Below, piece after piece: positions 62,281 through 64,000 of a stretch of DNA of 64,000 nucleotides. The position numbers and the translations under genes are program-made. The stretch comes from Laetmonice hystrix (lineage: Eukaryota), in NCBI GenBank assembly GCA_965235115.1, contig OZ249440.1, forward strand, positions 32,676,001-32,740,000, read 5' to 3'. Within the stretch, counting starts at the first letter, position 1, and each line of letters begins with the position of its first letter. The notes below the pieces were generated by a model. That model had not been told where the DNA came from. It worked only from the letters and a program-made list of their open reading frames with translations, and made no database searches.

Positions 62281-62768
62281 TATTTCCTTTTTGTTTTTAG
62301 TAGGTGAAGTAGTACAGTATATGTTGATGTAGTGCACAACCAAATCCTGACGACTATAACCAAAGTAACTCAGTAATAGCAATTCAAAATAAATAAATAA
62401 ATTGAATCTTTCAGGACATAGTGGGTGGTGGCCGGACTAGTATTGGTAGAGAGTCCCAAGCCTCTGGAAATGGTGAGGGCATCACTCCATCATTCTTTTA
62501 GTATTTTCAGACTCAGCAAGAACATGATGGCGCTCAAAAAGCAGCCATGTTCCCCCAGCTAATAAAGGAGGAAGAAGAGAATGGGCCTGGGGTGACTTAT
62601 TATTGAAGAATGGTGTGAATGGTCTGAATCGTGGAATCCATCCTCATCTACCTCTGAAAGTGAAGGCGTGGATTTTTAGGAAATAACAAAACAACAAATA
62701 CAAAAATGAAATGTTTATTGAATTTGAAAATGAGGTCAGAACACCTACCTAACCAACCTGTACATGAT

Positions 62769-64000
62769 TTACTTCAGACGATTCTTCTGCCGATTGAAGG
62801 CAATCACTGAGGCAACTGAGTCAAAGTCTTCGAGCTTTGGCCCCTCCTGAATGACCCTTGTCAGAACTTCTACAGTTTCTTCCTTAAGGCTGGCCCGAGC
62901 CTTTGTTTTAACTCGATTCTGTGCTGAGAAGCCCCGTTTACACGCAACAGATGTGATTGGGGAAGCCATTACGATTTCTGCCAAGGCGCAGAAATCGGGA
63001 AACTGTTCTGCCAAGTTTAAAATTATGTTCTCACACATTTCTGCAAGGATTTTCGTGGTATATGACTTCATCAGGAATTTTAACTGCAAGAAATCCCTTG
63101 ACAGTCTCCCACTGTCTATCAGTGGTGGCAGGTTACTGATCTCGTCTACTAGCTTTCCCTCATCGTTCACCAATTTGGTCCCTTCAGCTTCTTCACCAAA
63201 GTGTTCAATGACATTTTGTACTGCAGTTTCACCATGGTCTCTTATTTGTTCAGATGTAAGGTTCTTCAGATGAGCTGGGTTTAGTATCTGATCTAGATCT
63301 GTGAGAACACTCACTGAATCTGGTGTGAATCTATCCCGTAAGTTATCAAACCAGCTGAGTTATATATGCAGTAGTGTGGTTGAGACATACACCCTCAAGG
63401 TCATCAATATTGGTGAGATTGACCCCTCGGTACTGACCTGTATTTTGAACATCAGCAGAGAGTTTCATAACTTTGTCACCCTTTGAAATCATTGAATGTA
63501 AGGATGGTCGCATAGCTCATAGGCTGTACCACAGAAACATCCACTCTCTCACCTTGGAACAGCTTACTCAGTTTGGACAATGCTGGAAGAGCATCAACGA
63601 AGAACGCAGTAATGTACGCAAATCGGGCTGATTTAACCCGTTTCAGTATACCTTTTGCTTTCTCATTTCCTGCTCTACCTACGTCTGGCTTTGTGGCTTC
63701 ATGTTCAAGTGCAGCAACCAATGCTGGATAGCAAGAAAATATTGCATCAATGGCGCTATGCAGTGACAACCATCTGAAGCTTGCTGGCTCAGAGCAGCAA
63801 ACTTAGTATCATTTGCCTCATCTTCCAGTATGGCTGCCAATGCACGGAGGCTCTCGTATCTCACAGCAGAGTCGGAAAAGAATTTGTAAACAGACTTTGC
63901 AGTTTGCTGATATAGATCATATGCATACGTTCTTACAATGCTTGACCAGCAGCAAGTGCTAGTCTGTGAGCAATGCAATGCACATGTATGAGCCTAGCAT
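62769..64000 (-). pseudogene. hAT transposase C-terminal half (ZNF862-like), frameshifted, continuing beyond the window
   Basis: HVHCIAHRL (CxxH), RWLS, LSKLFQ and the dimerisation motif PITSVACKRGFSAQNRVKTKARASL. Confidence 0.88.

Noticed and set aside
62769..64000. Host ZNF862-like gene
   Set aside because: It has several frameshifts, no introns, and sits among TE debris, so it is a transposase pseudogene.

Overview
This is animal (probably invertebrate) nuclear DNA with GT-AG introns. It is almost entirely a deeply nested transposable-element graveyard, and I can support no intact host gene, RNA gene or CRISPR array. Main components: (1) a near-complete, recent but defective BEL/Pao LTR retrotransposon (23739-29493) inside a CCC-terminated, TA-flanked CACTA/EnSpm-like element; (2) two decayed AcademX transposases (XPG/FEN1-type nuclease); (3) two copies of an RNase H-bearing I-group LINE; (4) a Ty3/Gypsy remnant with an env-like multi-membrane ORF; (5) spliced Harbinger Myb/SANT genes and a transposase remnant, plus MULE/SWIM, hAT and DUF4806 pseudogenes; (6) many MITEs, including TTAA-inserted AG..CT Kolobok-like, TWA/CWG Harbinger-like, TAG..CTA 9-bp-TSD AcademH-like and one 5-bp-TSD hAT-like element; (7) several tandem arrays. 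Family names come from recognising motifs by eye, not from database searches. I found no convincingly new biological system. The best leads are the env-like ORF with a long post-membrane tail, the structured LINE 5' leader, the weak-TIR AcademH-like elements and an unassigned decayed repeat-protein region at 6.2-7.3 kb.
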